From contig DIFM01000027.1 in the NCBI GenBank assembly GCA_002419135.1, forward strand, positions 1 through 55,446: a stretch of 55,446 bases of DNA, given 5' to 3'. Every line of letters starts with the position of its first letter. The first letter of the stretch is position 1. Made by a program: the position numbers and the translations under genes. The stretch comes from Dehalococcoidia bacterium UBA5748 (GTDB lineage Bacteria; Chloroflexota; Dehalococcoidia; Dehalococcoidales; UBA5627). The notes under the pieces are model-generated. The model saw nothing but the letters and a program-made list of their open reading frames with translations, did no database searches and was not told the DNA's origin. Below are positions 49,147 to 55,446 of this stretch, piece after piece.

Positions 49147-49788
49147 ATGTTAAAGATAATGCTTGTAAGGCACGGAGAAACAGATTGGAACAGGGTAAAA
49201 AGAGTGCAGGGCGGTTCCAGCGATACTCCCTTAAACGATATCGGCAAAGAGCAGGCGAAAGGTCTGGCTGCTTTGTTGGCAAAAGAGAAAATTAAAGCGA
49301 TATACTCCAGCCCCTTGCAGCGCGCCGTGGTAACGGCAAAAGAAATCGCTGATTTACATAACGTTAGCATTGAAATCAGTCATTCGCTGCGTGAAATAGA
49401 AGCGGGCGAACTGGAAGGAATTTTGTCTTCCGACCTCGGTAAAAGGTTCAGCGATTTCCTTTTCGATAGCGATAAAATGGTGAAAATCCCCAGCGGCGAA
49501 TCGCTTCCCGAAGTGCAAGAACGCGGCTGGGGTCTGATAAATAGACTTTCCGCCGAATATGATGAATGCACCATTGTCCTGGTCAGCCATTACTTTGTAA
49601 TACTCTCGCTAATCTGCAAGGTGTTGGATGTTCAGCTCCAGCAGATAAACCGCTTTCGTATGGATACCGGCAGCCTCAGCATAATTACGCTGGACGGCGA
49701 ATCACTCTGGCTTCAGGTTTTTAACGATACCGGATATATGAGCGACGAACTGCGCAAGGCTTGCTCATCGTATCCTCGCTCACTATAA
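49147..49788 (+). CDS. Histidine phosphatase family protein (phosphoglycerate mutase-like)
   Basis: LVRHGETDWN (RHG) catalytic motif. 213 aa. Confidence 0.82.
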   Translation: MLKIMLVRHGETDWNRVKRVQGGSSDTPLNDIGKEQAKGLAALLAKEKIKAIYSSPLQRAVVTAKEIADLHNVSIEISHSLREIEAGELEGILSSDLGKRFSDFLFDSDKMVKIPSGESLPEVQERGWGLINRLSAEYDECTIVLVSHYFVILSLICKVLDVQLQQINRFRMDTGSLSIITLDGESLWLQVFNDTGYMSDELRKACSSYPRSL

Positions 49789-49798
49789 TTAAACTGCT

Positions 49799-51223
49799 AT
49801 GGCTGTAAAAAATTTATCGATAGAGCAGAGGGTCTCCGGTTTTATCCTCGAAAACCGCTTGTTGTCAAGGGGTGATTGCGTTCTGATAGCTGTTTCCGGC
49901 GGGGCGGATTCCGTTTGCTTGCTGTATATAATGTTGCAACTGAAAGAGAAGCTGGATATCAGCCTGCACGTGGCTCACCTTGACCATCAACTACGAGGGG
50001 AGGAGTCTGAATCCGATGCGGTTTATGTTAGCCAGCTTGCACGCACTTTTGACATACCGGTGACATTGTCAAGGGCTGATGTCAACAGTTATCGTAAACA
50101 GCACAGATTATCATTGGAAGAAGCGGCCAGGGAAGTGCGTTACAACTTTCTGGCCCAAACTGCCGCTGCCGTCGGTGCTAAAACTATTGCTATCGGACAC
50201 ACGCTGGACGACCAGGTGGAAACAATCATGCTGCATATTATTCGGGGTAGCGGTATCGCCGGACTGGTCGGATTAAAAGCTAAAAGCAAGCGCTTGTTGA
50301 ACGGACATCAAGTTAACATAATCAGACCTCTGCTGGAAATAAGACGCGCGGAGACACTACAGTATTGCCTTGAAAATAATCTGGCAGCCAGGGATGACAG
50401 CACCAACCTGTTGCTTGCGCCGCTGCGAAACCGCATCAGGCACAGACTGCTTCCCGAGCTTCAAAAGTATAACTCGGGATTTGTCGAATCCCTGCTGCGC
50501 ACTTCTGCTATTGCTGCCGATGAAATCTCTTTTCTGGATGCCGAATTGGAAAAGGTTTGGGAATCGGTAGTAAAGGAACAGAATGACTCTGTAATATTAG
50601 ATAAAGATAAGTTCGATGCTCTGCCGAGTGCTCTGCAACGTCATCTGCTCAGAGCTGCTATTAAGAATCTGCTAGGCACGCTAAAAGATATCGAGGAGCG
50701 ACATATCGAGGAAATTATGGGCGTTTTGGCTAAACAGGCCGGCAAGTATATCAACCTGCCTTACGGGCTTATTTTTGCGGTAGAATACGGCAAATACCTG
50801 CTTGGCAGTGATACTAAAGCCCTATGTCCTTATCCGGAAATTATCGGCGAATTCGAAATTAAAATCCCCGGCGTCACCGCTATATTCGGCTGGTCGGTCG
50901 AAACGTCATTTTCAGAGCAGGTTATGGCGGATCAAAACGATAATCATTTTATCGCTTATCTTGATGCTGACAAATGCGGTACTAATCTTACTCTACGCAG
51001 TCGTATTGAAGGAGAACATTTTCAGCCGCTCGGTTTTGGTACTCCCAAACGGCTAAACCGCTTTATGATTGACCTGAAAATCCCGCAGGCGTGGCGGGAA
51101 CGCGTACCCCTGGTCTGCTGCGATGGACAAGTCGTCTGGGTGGTGGGCTACCGCATTGACGAAAGGTGCAAAGTTACCGCTGATACCATAAGTGTTTTGA
51201 AGTTAGAGTTCAGGCGGGTATAG
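49799..51223 (+). CDS. tilS: tRNA(Ile)-lysidine synthetase
   Basis: PP-loop motif AVSGGADS. 474 aa with the C-terminal TilS domain. Confidence 0.9.
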   Translation: MAVKNLSIEQRVSGFILENRLLSRGDCVLIAVSGGADSVCLLYIMLQLKEKLDISLHVAHLDHQLRGEESESDAVYVSQLARTFDIPVTLSRADVNSYRKQHRLSLEEAAREVRYNFLAQTAAAVGAKTIAIGHTLDDQVETIMLHIIRGSGIAGLVGLKAKSKRLLNGHQVNIIRPLLEIRRAETLQYCLENNLAARDDSTNLLLAPLRNRIRHRLLPELQKYNSGFVESLLRTSAIAADEISFLDAELEKVWESVVKEQNDSVILDKDKFDALPSALQRHLLRAAIKNLLGTLKDIEERHIEEIMGVLAKQAGKYINLPYGLIFAVEYGKYLLGSDTKALCPYPEIIGEFEIKIPGVTAIFGWSVETSFSEQVMADQNDNHFIAYLDADKCGTNLTLRSRIEGEHFQPLGFGTPKRLNRFMIDLKIPQAWRERVPLVCCDGQVVWVVGYRIDERCKVTADTISVLKLEFRRV

Positions 51224-51239
51224 TTTTTTTGGTTTTTAT

Positions 51240-52440
<1,201 letters not shown>

Positions 52441-52465
52441 AGTCCGGAAAGGATTATCTAACCGC

Positions 52466-52981
52466 ATGAGAGACTACGATGAAATCTACGGTGAAACCAT
52501 ACCCTTCAAATTTATGTACTATATTATCTTGGCTGAAGGGGCGACCGGCATACTATTTCTGGTATTTTTCTTCCTGCAGTCTTCCGGCAAATTCATACCC
52601 GATGCGGATGCTTCGGCTATTTTCTGGCTGATAATGGCTCTTGTCATGTTCGCAGTAACGGCTTTCCTGACAACGCTGACCAAGCTGGATATCAGCGTTA
52701 CGCAGGACAGGTTGAAGGCTTCGTTCGGCTTAATAAAATACGAAACCCCTCTTACAAATATCGCTGATATTTATTCAGACGATAGAGCAGGTATTACATA
52801 CGGCGGTTGGGGAGTACGCGTGGCAAGATTAAAACAGGGAATGACGCTGGCATATTCCACATTCGGATATAAAAGAGTGGTCGTCGAGCTTAAAACGGGT
52901 AAATACAAACTGTTCGTGTTTTCGGCATCCAATCCGGAAGAGTTTATAAGTGTTATTAAAAACCGGATGAAGCGTTTTTAA
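52466..52981 (+). CDS. Membrane protein with a PH-like C-terminal domain, unknown function
   Basis: Two N-terminal helices followed by a beta-rich domain of about 90 aa. RBS GGAAAGGA. Confidence 0.45.
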   Translation: MRDYDEIYGETIPFKFMYYIILAEGATGILFLVFFFLQSSGKFIPDADASAIFWLIMALVMFAVTAFLTTLTKLDISVTQDRLKASFGLIKYETPLTNIADIYSDDRAGITYGGWGVRVARLKQGMTLAYSTFGYKRVVVELKTGKYKLFVFSASNPEEFISVIKNRMKRF

Positions 52982-53141
52982 TGCGAAGAATATGTCTTTG
53001 CGACGAATGAGGCGCAGTCGAATAACGAAGCAATTTTTCACGAATAGGAATGATGAAAATAATCAAATCCTCTTGTATCTTATCCAAATCGCCATTATAA
53101 TATAGAACTAAAGTTCTAATAATGTATGTTTGGTCAGTAAA

Positions 53142-54488
53142 ATGGATATGTTCGAAAATGAGTTTGAAAAAGAAAAGTTAAAGGAAGCGCCTTTGGCGGC
53201 GCGTATGCGCCCGAAAACGCTGGATGAGTTTGTCGGGCAGCAGCATATCGTCGGAAAAGGCAGAGTTTTAAGGCTGGCTATCGAATCCGGCAACCTGCCC
53301 TCGATTATGCTGTGGGGACCACCGGGAAGCGGTAAGACCACGCTGGCAAACATCATCGCCAATTCCACATCATCTCATTTCAGCCCGATATCGGCTGTCA
53401 GCGCCGGTGTCGCCGAACTAAGAAAGACCATAGAGGAAGCCAAAGAGCGTCGTTTAATGACCAGAAAAAAGACCATTCTGTTCATAGATGAAATACACCG
53501 CTTCAACAAGGCACAGCAGGACGCCATTCTCCCGTTTGTGGAAGACGGAACTGTAACCCTAATCGGCGCAACCACTGAAAACCCGTCTTTCGAAGTAATC
53601 TCTCCCCTGCTTTCACGTTCCCAGCTTTTTGTTTTAAAACCGCTCACAAAAGAGGAAATCAGATTAATCATTCTGCGCGCAATTAAAGATACTTTACGCG
53701 GGCTGGGAGTATATAAAGTTGAAATCGAAGACGAAGCGCTCGACTACCTGATAACAATGTGCAACAACGATGCGCGCGCCGCCTTGAATACATTGGAGAC
53801 ATCTACGCTTATTACATCGCCGGATGCGGACGGTAAACGCAGAATCTCACTGGCAACCATCGAAAACACCATACAGCACAGAGCTGTATCGTATGATAAG
53901 GGAGGAGACAGACATTTCGATACCATCTCCGCATTGCATAAATCGATGCGCGGCTCCGACCCCGATGCTTCCCTTTACTGGCTGGGGAGAATGCTGGAAG
54001 GTGGAGACGACCCGTTATATGTTGCCAGAAGACTGGTAAGGTTTGCCGCGGAGGATGTGGGAATGGCAGACCCTCAAGCATTGGTAGTAGCTATGGCGGC
54101 ACAGCAGGCGATACATTTTCTGGGACTGCCGGAGGGCAAACTGGCACTGGCTGAAGCGGCAGTTTACCTTGCCACCGCACCCAAGAGTAATTCACTGTAC
54201 ACGGCATATTCAGCCATAGAAGAAGAAATTAAAAAAGGCTCCAACGACCCGGTACCGCTGCACCTGCGCAATGCGGTTACACCGATGATGAAGAATATCG
54301 GCTACGGCAAAAGCTATAAGTATGCCCACGATTTCGAAGGGCATTATGTTGGGCAGCAGAACCTGCCGGATTCGGTAAAGGATAAAAAGTTCTATACGCC
54401 AAGCGACCAGGGTAACGAACTAAAAGTAGCCGAACGCCTTAAAAAATGGCGCCCCGATTCGTGCGGCACAGAAGGCAATGAGCCATAA
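53142..54488 (+). CDS. rarA: Replication-associated recombination protein A (AAA+ ATPase)
   Basis: LAARMRPKTLDEFVGQQH, Walker A GPPGSGKTT, Walker B FIDEIHRFNK, and the MgsA C-terminal domain. Confidence 0.92.
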   Translation: MDMFENEFEKEKLKEAPLAARMRPKTLDEFVGQQHIVGKGRVLRLAIESGNLPSIMLWGPPGSGKTTLANIIANSTSSHFSPISAVSAGVAELRKTIEEAKERRLMTRKKTILFIDEIHRFNKAQQDAILPFVEDGTVTLIGATTENPSFEVISPLLSRSQLFVLKPLTKEEIRLIILRAIKDTLRGLGVYKVEIEDEALDYLITMCNNDARAALNTLETSTLITSPDADGKRRISLATIENTIQHRAVSYDKGGDRHFDTISALHKSMRGSDPDASLYWLGRMLEGGDDPLYVARRLVRFAAEDVGMADPQALVVAMAAQQAIHFLGLPEGKLALAEAAVYLATAPKSNSLYTAYSAIEEEIKKGSNDPVPLHLRNAVTPMMKNIGYGKSYKYAHDFEGHYVGQQNLPDSVKDKKFYTPSDQGNELKVAERLKKWRPDSCGTEGNEP

Positions 54489-54561
54489 TACAAGCGTAGC
54501 AACCGGCCGCTTTTTTTGACATCTCAACTTATTAAGGTTTATACTGTAAAAGTGGTGTTGA

Positions 54562-54636
<75 letters not shown>

Positions 54637-54695
54637 AAAATCAGCTTCGAAATACACCAAAAACATCCCCAGAACTTTCCAATAGTGAACATAAA

Positions 54696-55172
54696 GTGTT
54701 CACAAAAGACCAGCAACTGTTCACAAGCCAGCTCTTATCTGCCTTCTTAAAAAGTAGAGCCAATGGTTTATCCCCAAGAATAATCCTTGAATATGAATGG
54801 CGGTTAAAACGCTTCATAGGCTATCCTATTACTCCTGATGGTATTAAAAGCTTCTTGGATAACCTCAGTTGTTCTAATGGTAAATGGAATTACTTCCAGT
54901 GTGTAAGAGCACTGAGTAATTGGTTATTCAAGAATGGTTATACTAAGGACAATGCTATAACACTTGTAGAAGCCCCAAAACGGCAAAAGAAGCTACTTCC
55001 AGCCATAACCGAATCACAATATCATACATTACTAAATCAATGTCCTGAAAGGGATAGAGCTATTATCTCTCTTCTTTGGCATAGTGGTAAAAACCAGCTT
55101 CCGGGAACACTTCATGGAATATTACTACTGTTTCCGGATCATCAGACAGCGTCTGTTTATGGCAACCTATAA
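54696..55172 (+). pseudogene. Truncated tyrosine recombinase/integrase (N-terminal SAM-like domain only)
   Basis: LLSAFLKSRANGLSPRIILEYEWRLKRF...ERDRAIISLLWHSG matches the integrase core-binding domain up to the start of the catalytic domain. The sequence then diverges (KNQLPG...) and stops, so no R..HxxR..Y catalytic residues are present. It lies directly 3' of a tRNA. Confidence 0.6.
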
Positions 55173-55446
55173 AACCGAGCAGTGAGGTAGTTATACCAAC
55201 TATGATAATAAATATAAACGGGTACAGTCTCTTTAGCAAGTTAGTCTTTATTGATCACTTTCTTTTAATTGTAAATACTCTCATTACTACAGACCCTCTC
55301 TAACCATTCCTTGTTTTTCATGAAAAGTGAGAGAAGTCTCAATATCCTATTCTCCTTTTCCTCAGTCTCTCGGCGATAAGGAAGATAGTCCCCGAGATAA
55401 CAAGCGGCAGTGTAACAAACACCACAGTGTAGATTGTTTCCAATCC

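Overview
This 55.4 kb window looks like a chromosomal segment of an anaerobic bacterium. My guess is a Chloroflexota/Dehalococcoidia-like lineage. That guess rests on gene content and on a tmRNA tag ending in VLAG, so it is inference only. Most of the window is housekeeping and energy metabolism. The largest block (9.9-24.6 kb) holds rnfCDGEA, a Tat-exported group-1 [NiFe] uptake hydrogenase (small and large subunits, cytochrome b, maturation protease) and a full hypFCDEAB maturation set. Other recognisable genes are smpB with ssrA (tmRNA), groES-groEL behind a CIRCE operator, tsaD, tilS, rarA, rplY(ctc), radC, ogt, thpR, an ABC-2 exporter pair, M16/M29/M48 peptidases and six tRNAs, four of them in a tight array. 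The less ordinary parts are as follows. (1) A translationally coupled operon encodes a KamA-type radical-SAM aminomutase, two Ddl-like ATP-grasp ligases and a GNAT. It does not match the known two-gene abl layout or the other lysine-aminomutase contexts I know. (2) Three tandem paralogous genes encode signal-peptide-less proteins made of 2-3 repeated FxLYD-like beta-sandwich modules. All three use non-ATG starts, and two share a highly conserved N-terminal peptide. (3) An orphan 327-aa protein looks like an internal duplication of a Csa3/CARF-like Rossmann module. It sits in a small islet next to tRNA-Leu. (4) The rnf cluster ends in a 44-aa ORF that looks like only the membrane helix of RnfB. 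(5) An IS110-family element carries a roughly 200-nt 5' non-coding arm (bridge-RNA candidate) and is inserted among REP-like repeats. (6) A family of short palindromic repeats is scattered across four intergenic loci, one of which also carries a G13/C10 homopolymer pair. (7) An initiator tRNA-Met is followed by a truncated tyrosine integrase at the window edge. No CRISPR array, rRNA or recognisable defence operon was seen. All functional calls come from by-eye motif recognition, and no searches were run.
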